From contig NC_088861.1 of the NCBI RefSeq assembly GCF_963853765.1, positions 19,096,001 through 19,160,000 of the forward strand: a stretch of DNA of 64,000 nt, read 5' to 3'. Every line of letters starts with the position of its first letter. The first letter of the stretch is position 1. A program made the translations under genes and the position numbers. The notes below the pieces were generated by a model that saw nothing but the letters and a program-made list of their open reading frames with translations, was not told the origin of the DNA and did not search any database. The DNA is from Magallana gigas. Lineage: Eukaryota. Shown here piece by piece: positions 27,982-40,994 of the stretch.

Positions 27982-29064
27982 CCTAAAAATGCATTTAGGT
28001 ATATATTCACTTTGCATTTTAATATATTGATAGTTTGAGAACAATGATGGGTTTACAGCACACTCGCTATATAAACTATATAAGATTATACAGTTTCCAA
28101 AATTCATAGTAATCGTTTTGTTTTTAAAAAATTGCTCTTATAAAAAAAGTTATTCTATATGTTCAGCAAAACACAGCAGATGTGTGGATTTTGTCAATGA
28201 TTGTTATAAAAAAAACCATGAAACAAATATGAAAAAGTCTTTATTATTATTTTTAGATTAAGGCTTGAGTCAATAGAATTAGAGAAACATGAATTCTTTC
28301 AATGGATGATAACGTCATATTTTTAAAACACAGACATGGATGTAATTTTAGTTTACAAAGAGAGATAACTTTCTTTGTTTTCGCAACTCTATACGTAAGT
28401 CAAGCATTGTAGTGAAATCAAATGCAAACAGGTTTTTTTATATCACAAAAGTTATTTTATTTTTTTAATTTTATAAATCATCATTTAATTTTTAATAAGA
28501 CTTGGTGTACTTGTTAATACAAACTTCACTGTGTTGAATTCTAATTTTAAAGTGTCTCAATCTGCACATTAAGTATGTCTAAACATGCAGCACACCTAAT
28601 TCTGCTGGTGACATACATGTAAGACCTTTATATCTGATAAAGCATGGTTGTATCTTTTATTTTTTCATTTACCTATGGATTATCCCGATTTCAACGTTTC
28701 TTCAGCACATTCGGCTAATATAAGAATTGCAATTTGGCATGCTAAGAACATTACACTAATTATTTGATGTCAGCCATCTTAACAGGCCAAGCAGGTGGTA
28801 TTGATCCTTGCCTTTTGATTCCAAAAGACCGATACCAGGGTCGAAATCAAGTAAGCTTATCGTCTTATTTAGATAAGGTATCCAAAACTACAGAATTTTC
28901 TTAATTTTTATTTTCTGAATAAAATTAATATTATACATTACTTTCATCATTCGCGAAATAATACCAAATTTGTTTATAATAAACATGAAATGTTAAACCT
29001 AAAAGAAATTAAAGTTCAACATGTTTTCCGAGCAGTAATAAAACAGATCATCACTGTACGATCG

Positions 29065-30699
29065 TTAGTTTTTCCAGCCTTTGAAACTGGACCAGCCATC
29101 TCCATACACATAATTTCCTTTATGGGTTCTGATGTTGACTGTATCTCCAGCTTTTAACAAAACGGGAACAGTACCAGAACAGTTTTCATACCCAGGACCC
29201 CCCTCATTGTAGCAATTGCTACGGCCTTTTACTAATCCGTTTACGATAAGTTCGGTGTTAAGGATTTTCTGTGCCTCCACTAACTATGTATAGCCCACTA
29301 GATGGCGCTGTGAAGAATCCGCTCTGAGAACTGTAGGCTTTGTGTGAATCGGACAATACAATGTCGTAAATAATGTTTACGGGGGTATTTCTTTCAAATT
29401 GAAGATGCTTAGAAATGGAGGCATGAAAAAAGACGGCTTCCTTGTCTGCATAAAGAAAATATATTGTAGATAAAAGGTATATATGTGGCGTACTTTAAGT
29501 TAATAACATTAATAAGATCTGATTATTTGACTCATTACTTTATTTAAAGACAGTACTTTCACATAAATTACGCTGCACAAGTCAATCGAATAACAAAATT
29601 ACAAGAAATAAATCTTTTTTTAATGTTTTTACGGTAAAAAATACAAAAGATTTGAATAACCCCGCCCTAAATGGGTCCCGTGACACATCTCGGTCTATCA
29701 ACAACAATGGCGACGATGAGAAAGAGGGATAGACCATTAGGTTTGAGAGATTTGGCAATTAAGGTAAGAAAAAAAGAGATTTACAACGAACTAAGGGTAG
29801 ATCGTCACCAGAGACCATGTAGATTGATGGAAAAAGTATTAAAGCCGAATAAAACTTAAGTTTCCATCATGATATTGTAGGGGTTTTGCTAGTCAGGTTG
29901 TTCCCTGTCTTTACTTTATAGGTTATAAACAGCAAGCGGATTTTCGTTGAGACTAATTTTTGAATAAAGAATAAATAAACACTCTAAGTATATGCATCAT
30001 TCAGGGAGAGGGTTTTTTTTCGTTTACCGTGTCGATGATGCTAAAATCGTGTTTCTTCTCATTACACATAAATAAAAATTTATATCATTCGACATTAATG
30101 AATATCGGAATTATAATGCTTCGAGTATCATTTGATAAAGGAATTATCTAATTTAAGACAAGAAAAACGTGATTCTAATTAGTAAACAAACTGTTCTTCC
30201 ATCATGTTTTCATTGTTGGACATGAAGTAAACATGTAAACTTTCAATCAATTTTTATAAGTACTTTCTTGTATAAAACACTTAATCTTACTTTATTTTAA
30301 TCAGAAATTTAATAGATCTCAATTCAAGATTGTTAAGTTCGTGATTTGATTTTTATTACCTGAGTTCTTGAGGTGTGCTAACTCTTGTATGATTGAATCC
30401 ATTTGTCCCATTTGTTTTTTCATCGCAATGACGTCCTTCAACAGTGAGTACATCTGATTTGTTAGGGACAGCCTGATTAGTGACTCCTGGTTCAGCTGCT
30501 GTCTGAAGTTGTCGATATCTTGTTGATTCACTGGGAATGGATCGTAAAAGGGTACTGCGTTTGTAATGTTTTCAGAAAACCCGTGTACTGCATCGTTTGT
30601 AATGTTTTCAGATTGCTCGTTTGGTGAGTAGGGGGCTTCCGTTGTTGCAGATGCACTGACCCCGCAGAACACCAGCATGAGAACAATCACGTGAGTCAT
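29065..30699 (-). pseudogene. C1qDC gene A1 (signal peptide + coiled-coil exon 30699-30360; gC1q exon 29445-29065), frameshifted by a 14-nt deletion near 29284
   Basis: Phase-1 splice TCA G|gtaata to atgcag|AC gives DKEAVFFHASIS...FTAPSSGLYI. The FTWTT codons present in paralog B are replaced by one base, giving a stop at 29260-29258. The rest of gC1q (...GWSSFKGWKN*) is intact in another frame. Confidence 0.8.
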
Positions 30700-31138
30700 C
30701 GTGTCAGGAGTAATGCTGCAATAAACTCCTAATTAATCAAAATATTCTGTGTGATGCTGAACAACATAAAGTTGCGATGTAGTGTGTAAATAAAGGTGTA
30801 AACGTCTGGAATTTAACTCTTTTAACACCCCCCCCCCAATATTTACTTTAATTAAGGAAGTAAACACTTGAACAATAAAATGTTAAGTGTGACACTAGAA
30901 GGCAATCACTGCATAGAATAGTTTTAGTCTCTGTTAAAATAATATAAAAACCCTCCCCAAAAAGTGTACAGGCAATATTTTTCCTAGAATCCTTAATAGT
31001 TTATACTGTCAGGAAATTATCCCCTGATAAAATTAAACTGATATCAATACTTGTGGAATTAACACGGATTTAAAATGATTAATTTTTGAACAAAATAAGT
31101 TTATCAATCTCCGCTCATTTTATTCCTTATGTAAAACA

Positions 31139-31510
31139 TTATATAAATAGTGCCTGTTTGGGAGGGTAACAGTTGAAATTGACACCCCAAGAAAACCATT
31201 GTCAACCGACGCGAAGCGGAGGTTGACAATGGTTTTCGAGGGGTGTCAATTTCAACTGTTATCCTCCCAAACAGGCACTATTAATTTTGTTATACTGAAT
31301 GTCTTTTTTAAATTTTTTAAGAAAATTTTACTGCTTTTATATAGGAATAACGTGAATTCTACAGCGAACCGTACGCGCATAATTTTCGCGCATGTAACAA
31401 TTGTTAATGTTACCCGTTGCCAAGTGCGTTGCTAACGCTGAGGGTAATAGTAAATATTATTAACTGCGTCTTAACCAATCAGATTTCAGTTTTTAACATG
31501 AAAGTATAAC
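31139..31510. mobile_element. Non-autonomous element with a long hairpin (arms about 61 bp, 31147-31281); Crypton-like, tentative
   Basis: Absent at the matching position of copy 2 (about 58820); arms atagtgcctgtttggg...gtcaacc / ggttgac...aacaggcactat around a gacgcgaagcgga loop. Confidence 0.6.
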
Positions 31511-32643
31511 AATAAAGGATGTTTGATTAAATACTTATTGTTAGCCTTTTCATTTCGAAATCATTAAGACTCAAATTTAAAATATGTAAAGGACTTATTT
31601 TATACAATAAAAACTCAAATTCATTCAAAACAAAAGCATTGTAACGAAGCTATTTCTATTTCCTAAAAAAAATCATGCTCATTTATATATTGTAATCTTT
31701 ATAAGACTATGTATACTCATAGAACTAACAATAATCGATTTATTATCATATCAAGTAAAATAATATTTAAAGAGACAAAAATCGTAATTCAATATAAACT
31801 TACTTCATAGCTTCCAGGGATGCTGAATGTTTAATGAATATTACAGGAGTGGCAAAAGTGTTATATAAAGTGTTTTCTAAAAGGTGTGAAGTATTTAATT
31901 GATCTTCCAACTTTATTTTTTGTTTTAATTTGAAAGACAAATGTGTTTCTACGGTCTCAAGTTTATGGAAATACTTAGATAATTTGAAAATCCCCAATAT
32001 GGAACCGCTTTGAGAAAATGATGAGGAAAAAATCAAATGTTTTTAATAACAACAGTAGGATTTAATATCTATGCATACAATAAAATAGTATAACGATGAT
32101 TATTTGTTTTTGATAAAGACACGAGCCTACATTTAATCATGAATCATAAAATACATGTAACTCTTTATTGTTGAAAATTGTCTGTTTTACAAAATATTTT
32201 GCGGAAAACCGGTGGAAAAAAATCTAAATGAATTAGCGTATTCAAAACGATGTAAATAACACTTAATGCACAGATTCATTATCTACGGATTTCCCTTCAT
32301 TAATCTCTTTATTTACTGATACATTCCTCTATTTCAAACCAAGGTCGTATATATAGTTTTATTTGCTTGGTTGTTTACGTAGATCGATAGCAATACATCA
32401 AAGATGCACCCTTGAAAATGCATTATGAAAAAAACAACAAACAAACAATAGTTATTTCTTACAACCAAGTTTTGGTCCAAACATATGATCTTGTCTATTA
32501 TGTCTGATTACATGTTAAGTTTTAATATATTGTACTTTATCTAAAGAAATAATGGGTTCTTAGATATAGCTTCTCACTCTTTAACTTAAAAATCCATCAT
32601 CGTACACTTTATATGCTTAATTTGTGATGATAAACTTAGCATT

Positions 32644-32774
32644 TACTGTGGTTTCATGAATATTCAAGGGTATCAATTTTCGTGGATGACACATTTAATT
32701 TCGTGGATCAACTTAACAACGAAATCCACGAAAATTGGTATTCAACGAATATTGATGAAACCATTACGCCAGTA
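32644..32774. mobile_element. Short TA-flanked MITE
   Basis: tactgtggtttcatgaatattc / gaatattgatgaaacc..cagta inverted ends; not present in copy 2. Confidence 0.6.
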
Positions 32775-32897
32775 TTTTCAAATACCTACTTTTTGTTATT
32801 CTTTATTCAATAAACGATATCTGTATTTAATAGATTTAATGATACATAAATAACACAGCGCCTTTAATGGAAGCACAATATATCACTGTTACAACCA

Positions 32898-34023
32898 TCA
32901 GTTTCTCCAGCCTTTGAAACTTGACCATGCATATCCATGGACGTAGTTACCAGTAGTAGATCGGACATTGACGGTATCCCCAGCCTCCAACACAACAGGA
33001 ACTGTATTTGCACAGTTTTCATACCCAGGGTTTCCTAAGTTGTTACAGTTGCCAAGACCTTTTCGTATTCCTTTTACGATAAGTTCTGTATCTAGAATTT
33101 TACCAGCTGCGACCAAGGTTGTCCAAGTAAATATATAAAGACCCTTGGAGGGTGCTGTAAAGACCCCACTTTGAGCACTGTAGGAACCGTGAGTATCGTA
33201 CATTACAGTATCGAATACAATGTTCACAGGGGTATTTCTATCATATAGGAGCGTCTTTGAGGTGACTGCATTGAAAGCGATAGCTTCTTTTCCTACAATG
33301 TCATTCAAAATAACAATAGAGAATCAATTCTATGTATAAAAAGAAGTATTAAAATAGATTAGGAAGTGACAAAAAAGCTTTATATCTAAGAAACCTTGAC
33401 GGTGAGTAAAACTTGTTGACTAAAAAAGTTGCGGTTTAACTATATATGTACGTATAAATTGACTTTGAGATTTGCGACTAGAAATTTTGAGAAACGAGGA
33501 AGATGTGGTAAAAAATAATAATTATTGTGTATACATACGGAACATAGATAATCATTATGATATCAGATAATTTTTTTCAATTTGACATATTTTCAAAGAA
33601 TCAATATTACAGATATAACTTACCATGACTTGCAGTTTTACACGTTGATGTTAAATTCACAAGATCTTTCTGCAAGTTTACTAACTGTTTTGCGAGAACA
33701 TCATCGCCTAAGGTTGAGTTCCTAAACTTCTCTAGCTCGTGTATCTTAGATTCCATCTGCCCCATTCCTTTTTTCATTTCAACAACGTCATTAAGGACTG
33801 AATACAATTGTTTGGTGAGCGACAATCTTATGAGTGCCTCCTGGTTCAGCTGCTGTTTCAAGTTATTCATTTCTTGTTGAATCGAGGGCTGTAAATTCTT
33901 TGGGGATACTGCGATGGCTTTGTTGTCAAGTTTTGAGTTATCTGCGGTCAAGAGGGACGCTACATTAGTCGTAGATACACTGATCCCATTATAAACCAAT
34001 GCTAGAATAATAGCATAGATCAT
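32898..34023 (-). CDS. C1qDC gene B1, intact, 264 aa (exons 34023-33624 and 33292-32898): signal peptide, coiled coil, gC1q
   Basis: MIYAIILALVYNGISVS; QQLNQEALIRLSL heptads; CAT G|gtaagt to ttgtag|GA; gC1q motifs IAFNA, FTAPSKGLYIFTW, VVLEAGDTVNV, SSFKGW. Confidence 0.92.
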
Positions 34024-34202
34024 CGTGTAAAGGATTATCCTCCCCAAGTTAATTCCCAAATGAATAGATTAAATCACACTGGTTGGTGTTCTATATTGCG
34101 ATGTATTCTGAATGATTGTGTGTTATGGGGACATCATACAAATTGACCTTTTATTCAACCTATGACAAGAGCTACTTCTATTAAGTGGCAATTAGTAAAG
34201 AA

Positions 34203-36652
34203 ATCCGTACGAAAATGTTGGCCGTTTTCCGGCTGGACTCAGGGTGAACTTAGACGTATTCCGGTTAAAATGTAGCCGTACTTAAGAGTATTATCAAAGG
34301 CGTACATTGAAAACGCTTTGCATGTTAGACGGATTCCATCTTATTCATAACCGGACCTTACCTCAAACCTTAGCCGTATTTTCAGCATCTAGCCGTTTTC
34401 TGTTAAAGTTAACCGTATTATTTCTCACTGCCCGTTTCTCCCCTTACACTCATTAAATATTCCGCCTTAACCTAGCTAATTGGCAATGTTTTTGCAAGTA
34501 ATATAATATAAAATTTACGGCTAAAACTTGGCCAAATCGTGTTAAAGGCGCACAACAGTTCATTTTCTATGCTATAAATAACTCATTCTTATAAACTGTC
34601 TGTTGCTTTCACTCAATAAACTTTACTTCTTTCTTCAAATTGTTTAATTTTGTCCGTAAATCCAACGTCGATATTTAATATTTTCTGGAATGGGGCTGCC
34701 CGTGCACAAATCTTTTTCTTAAAATCTTTAAATGACACAAACATACAATTTGAAACAATGGTTTGTAACCTTAAATTCAAATTGATAATCCGATGACACT
34801 ATCAAACAGGTTATATATGTATGTTCTACACACAGGCTGGTTAATTTTATCTTGACCTCAATACATAGGCTGCCATTTGTAAACAGGCAAGAGCTGCAGC
34901 CTCTCCCTGTATTGCAAAGGGGCGTCAACTGGGAAAAAATAATTTCTGTCATAATTTTAAACATGTACATACTATTTTAGCCGCAATGTTTAATCAATAT
35001 AAAGACAGGAATGAGTTTTGAACAGGCTAGCATATTTATTGTACTTTTAAACTGCTACTAAAAATTGTTTTACTATGGCCATCAAGCACTTGTAAACAAA
35101 ATCAGCGTTACCCCTTATCATATTTCTGGCCTCAGAGGCTTTTGAATTTGGCAACAGCGGCCATGCCTAACTTTCCTGATCATCTTTGTGCTACAAAATT
35201 TAGACATGTGTAAACCGTTATGAGGATTATTTTTGGGGAAATACAGTGAAAATTATTTACAGCTATTTGATGTAAACTAAGTCTTATGGAGTTTAGCAAA
35301 GTGTGTGCGTTATGTGGACTAAAAGACATGAACACAGGAACCTTAATGTTAATATCGAAAGTAAGTCAATATAAATTTTAATTATGTTCATGACTTTATC
35401 AATGATAGTACTAAAGTACAGTTAAAATTGTGCTAATTGTATGTGAAGAAAAAATAGGTTTAGGCAGTGCGTAAATGTCACACAATGTATAAACTATAGA
35501 AATCCCTTCATTCCTTTAGATTTGAAAGCTGTTGAAAACAACTGACATTATGCTAAACAATTAAAAAAGAAGGAAAGCAACAACACCAACAAGTCATTGG
35601 GAGGGTGGCAAGCTGCCTTCTTATATTTAAGCTGTCCTAGTATGAGTATTGAGAAACAGCCTGATAAAAATAAAAACTAGCTCAAAAGCAGAAGGACAAT
35701 GGACATGGGAGACTAAAAAGTAGAATATCAGTCATATCCATTTACATGAACCCTACCAAAATCAAAGTTTTGAAAGGTAAAGATTGGATCTCTTTTTATT
35801 TGTTCACATTGATAAAAGCTATTCTTTATAATCATGATTATAACAAAAATGTATACATGTATATTGATATATTTATATTTGATCGACTGTTTGGTTATAA
35901 GTAATGCTTTATCAAATTACATGTATTTTTTCAGAATATGTGAGAGAAGTATTTTTAGTGATGCAATTACCGAAAAGATTCGAGGAAGATCTGAGCTACT
36001 CTAGACACATTTCAAGGAACTACCTGTACAAAAGAGTGAAAACAGGGACTGTAAATCAAAAAGTTCAACTTATTATATTAAGTAGAAGGCAAACATAAGG
36101 AAAATATAAAGATATTCTGGATGTAATATCTGTATTATGAAGTGTTTAAAAAAGGAAATACACAGGAATTATAGATGGTCTTGGCCACTGATTTATAAAA
36201 GAAATGAAAGCAATGATTCCACCCCATCCGGTGCAAATTTAAAAGGATCTAGTCACCGAATTCAAAAGCATAAATTAAAAGAAGTTTTTTTGTCCGTTGT
36301 AAAGAGTTCATCTTTACCCTAAGGGACGCAACCTTGTATTAAGGCGGATTCCACGTTATATTTAGGTGGATTCCACCTTATTTTAGGGCGGAATCTTGTG
36401 TATTCCACCTTATATTAAGGCGGATTCCAATTTATCATAAGGTGGTTTCCACCTAAGATTAAGGCGGATTCCCGTTTGTTTTAAGGCGAATTTTTATTAC
36501 CCGGAATACGCTTAATTTCATTTAAATAATTCGAGCCATATACCGCCCGGACTCCACCTTGAATATACATTCAGAGGAATGAAAGACGGAATCCGCCTTT
36601 CAAATTCTGCCTACAGTCCGCCTTAAGTCAGGGTAGAATTATTCGTACGGGT
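34203..36652. mobile_element. About 2.45-kb TIR element of unassigned superfamily
   Basis: A(T/C)CCGTACGAA inverted ends; different subterminal repeats at each end (gccgt-rich left, taaggcggattccac right); absent from copy 2 at about 63065. Confidence 0.75.
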
Positions 36653-37316
36653 TAAATACGTGCAACTGAGATCATTAAAATGGGACATTTTTAGTAATTA
36701 TTTTCAGATACATATTCATTTAAGAAAAAGTATCAAGTAGAACTCGTGAGAGATTAAAGATCGAGACTGTTACTTGGTTCAAACTGTGCAATGGAGAATT
36801 GATTCTTTTCTTAAAAACTCACGAAAAGGTTTTATAAGCAATAGCGTTACAGAAAGTATCGAAGAATTGGAAAATATCAAAGTGTTATCAGTTTAATCAG
36901 CGGACGGGTGCTTTTTTTTTATGAATAGGTTTCGTTCAACATAAAGCTTTGTCTACTCAATGAAATGGTCGAGACTTTGGACATAGAGAGAATGGTACTT
37001 TCTTTTGTTTTTTCATGTTTAAACTAATAAAAACGTAAAATTCATAGGTATAATAAATTGTATGAGTATTTCGTATGCATTTTCACAATCATTAAATTTT
37101 CAAAAATTTTAATTACCTGTTGAGTACGTAATACTCATGCTATTGAACAAAGCAAGCTTTAATGCGCATGTGATATGTGTTTTATTTTATTTATTCAAAT
37201 CTATTTTTTCATTTTCAATTTATTATTCTTTCTACTAGTATATTGTATCATTGAATCTTTTATCCCTGTTGAAACAATGACTATGGTTCAGAGAAAAATA
37301 CACGTTCATTAGTATA

Positions 37317-38421
37317 GTAGTAGTAGTAGGCCTCCATCGGTCGCAGACGACCATGGGATATTGTACCTATTTTGTCTTTCTATGACAGCAACGTTTGTGG
37401 CTGAAAAGTCCTATACGGGAGAGACATTCTTTTCCGCAAAAGTCACATCTGTGAATGGTTTCTGATCTTTCGGGGTTTAGGCGCTGCTTTCGTTGTGCGC
37501 GTTTGTTTTCTGCTGCGTGCACAAGCTTTTCTTCCCCTGACTTGATCTGTCTGAGTAGTGTGGACCTCCATCTGGGTCGATCTGCTGCTAGGTCTTCCCA
37601 AGATCGCACGTCGATATCAAGGGCCTTCATGTCTCTTTTTACGACATCCTTGAATCGAAGTTGTGGGCGCCCAATGCTTCGTTTCCCAGATCTCAATTCT
37701 CCATACAAGATGTCCTTAGGAATACGTCCGTCATCCATTCGACGCACATGCCCGAGCCAGCGTAACCTGCGTTGTCGAAGCATAGTGAACATGCTTGGAA
37801 GGTTCGCCCGAGACAGGACTTCGGTGTTAGGCACCTTGTCCTGCCACGAAATGCCCAGGATGCGGCGCAGACATCGCAGATGAAAGGTGTTGAGTCTTCT
37901 TTCCTGCCTGGAATACGTTGTCCACGACTCGCTACCGTATAGCAAGGTGCTGATTATGCAGTCGTTGTATACTGCCATTTTGGTACAAGTTTTCAGTGTG
38001 GAGTTTGTCCAAACTCTTTTTGAAAGTCGAGCGAGAGTGGATGTAGCCTTTCCGATCCTCTTATCTAGCTCAACATCCAAGGAAAGGTTGTCAGTAATGG
38101 TAGATCCCTGGTACGTGAACTGGTGGACGACGTCCAGTTGGTAGTCGTCGATTGCTATAGCTGGGGCTTTGGAAGTATCCTGGCTTAGAACGTTTGTTTT
38201 CTTTAGGCTGAAAGTCAAGCCAAAATTCCCACAGGCCATTGAAAAGCGGTTCATCTACGTTTGCAGTTCTTCCTGGGTGTGGGTGACAATTGCTGCATCG
38301 TCGGCAAATAACATGTCCCGGATGAGTCTGTCGCGGACTTTAGTTTTTGCTTTAAAGCGAGAGAGGTTGAACAGATTACCATCTGACCTGGTACGTAGGT
38401 AGATTCCTTAAGTCGAAACCA
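37317..38421 (-). mobile_element. 5'-truncated RTE-clade (BovB-like) LINE
   Basis: 295-aa ORF with RT C-terminal motifs (FGLTFSLKKT, FTYxGS, RIGKA, LLYGSESWT, RRLRWLGHVRRM, C-terminal CxxC..H); (CTA)n tail; 12-bp TSD TTCATTAGTATA at 37305-37316 and 38422-38433. Confidence 0.93.
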
Positions 38422-38544
38422 TTCATTAGTATATGCATATAATTTTGTGATGCCCACACATTGCTGAATATACATCAATTGCTTAAAATCATGTTTTAGA
38501 TTTGATTTATTTTATTAAAACAAAATTTCTCCAACATTTATTTT

Positions 38545-40837
38545 AACAAGAGGCCCAGGGGGCCACATCGCTCACCTGAGCAACAATGGGCGTTCAAAAG
38601 ATATTATGCCCTATGGTCCCTCGGTAGAATAACAAAAAATAAATATTGAAAAGTATTCGACTTTTAAACTTATTTTTGCATACACGTACACGTAATCTTT
38701 GATATTGTACCCTCATGAAATACTATTTTTTACCAGAATAAGAAAATCCTACGCAAGATATAAAACTAAACATTTGGTAGGGGTACACTGTTATATAACT
38801 TCTAATTCCCTGTATTTTCGTTCTGCCCCCTCCGCCACTTAATAAAGCAATCAAAATATATGAGAGCATATAGGTACATTTCTTCCTTAACTACTGACTA
38901 GTTATTGTATTTTTTAAAAATATAATAGTTATTGTATTTTATCAAAAAAATCCTACATGTATAGATGTGAAGAAGAAAATTGCACCTCAATGTGCTCAAT
39001 TCCTCAAATTAAAAACATTCAAAAATTTTATTAATCTTCTCCATTATAGTTAAATGACTGTTATTTACTTCGCGTACAAACCAGATAATTTTCCGCTGTG
39101 ATATTTTCGTAGGAATAGCGATAATTACTTTATCCCCGCAACAGAAATGTGTCAGACATATGGAAACTGTTTTAAAGATGTCGTTTTTATTTACTCGTGT
39201 CTGAAAAACTATCAAAATTGATATAGATTTCACATTATATATTGTATAAAGAGGGGGGCCCAGAGGGTAGGTATATACAGAATATCATTCTTTTATTTTG
39301 TTTGTACAAGTATTTAACATACTCTAATTCATATAGAATTTCTAATGTTCAACCAAACATTCAGCGTCAATCGTAGAATTATAAGCAAGATACAGAGCTC
39401 ACAGTTCGCCTAGGTTTGAGTCATATTTTGTTCACATGAGTTTATTACATTCAGCTTAAGATTTTTAACTTGGTATTTCCTATTCAGCATTTAAAATGAA
39501 AAAAAGAATGGCCTAAGATTTTCAATTCTTTTATTCACTCAAGACCAGTTCACTGGTATTTGAGGTTCAAAATCAGTTTATACAAACACAGCCAAGAATC
39601 AAATGTACAGTAATAATGACGAAAAAAAATGTTAAGTTTAGAATACAATAAGTTGTTAAAGTTGGTTTCTGGAAGAACAGACTTTGAAAATTTTCTTAAT
39701 TAATATTGACAAATTTTTTACTTTTTTAATCTTTAGTTTTTAAGATCTGTGTACATACATAGAATTGTGAGCAAATCTCTGTATCTTGCTTATAATTCGA
39801 AGCTTAACACTCAAATATGGTCAGTACATGTAAATAGAAATTGTAAACAATTAAACACAAGAAAATGCACCATAACAAATAAAAAAACACAATTTATTTT
39901 TTCGAAATGAATCATATATATACATGTATATACCTACATATTTCCAGCAGCGATATCAAACTCTATTTAAACTGAATAAACTCGAGAAAATGCCGAACAT
40001 CTCAACAAAACCTATTGCATTAATCTACCATTACGCAAAAGATAATGCTGAATTACCGATAGAATGAATTGTATTTCAGTACTTTTTTGATTCATCAGAT
40101 TTTGCTTAATTTGCGCAGGTAAACAATTAACTGTTTAAATTACCGAAGTGTCTGTTTGATTTGATACGTCAAAATCACGAAATACAGACGATAATTCCCA
40201 GGTTACAAAGCATAAAAAATGAAAACGAAACTAAAATCAGAACAAGCTAACACCAACGTCATGTATGAAAACTGTCAACGCATTGAAATATTTAGCCTCA
40301 ATTTACTCCACAAAATTGGCACCAATATATTTTGCATGTTTCAAAAATTTCCCTTTATACGCGAACTGTTGCACAACAAGCAAATTCATCATAGTCAAAT
40401 CGACCCTCTTTCGTATAATGTCATGGCTGCTTTAAACAAAGAACCTCATTTTAGAAGTATGGAATACGAGTCTTGGTAAAATGGGTATGCAAACCCGGGC
40501 CGTGGCTAAATAAAAGCCGGGGCAGATCGCCAATCGTCAATTCCAAATACGCATTTTAATGCAGCAATATTTACAGCGAATACAAATATACTGGTCCATC
40601 AAATATCCTGAAATTTTGATAAGATTAATAATTGCCAATCTTTTGTTTTGACCAGGCCAAGTCTTGCCTACCCATTTTACCGGATGCCGAACCCGAAGCT
40701 ATTAAACTGATTGAAACACGCCTTTCCTTTATTATTTTCGTAATAACTCAGATTTGAAACAGAATTAGCCCTTAATTTTTGCAATTTATATTTTCCTTCC
40801 CTTAAGTATAATTTATGCTAAACTACGTTGAACTGGA

Positions 40838-40869
<32 letters not shown>

Positions 40870-40962
40870 ATGCACCCCCCTTTTTCTACAGTTTCAAGGT
40901 TTTCTCCGCTTTGAATACAGATCGGACTTTTATTTCTGCAATTTATATTCGCCCTCCCATAA

Positions 40963-40994
<32 letters not shown>

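Larger units (their letters stand above)
29823..36790. repeat. Segmental duplication, copy 1 (paired with about 56493-63185)
   Basis: Colinear high identity from attgatgga..aaagccgaataaaacttaag through both C1qDC genes to gattaaagatcgagactg. Confidence 0.9.

Noticed and set aside
37455-38402. Plus-strand ORFs of 77-142 aa
   Set aside because: Antisense to the RTE coding frame.
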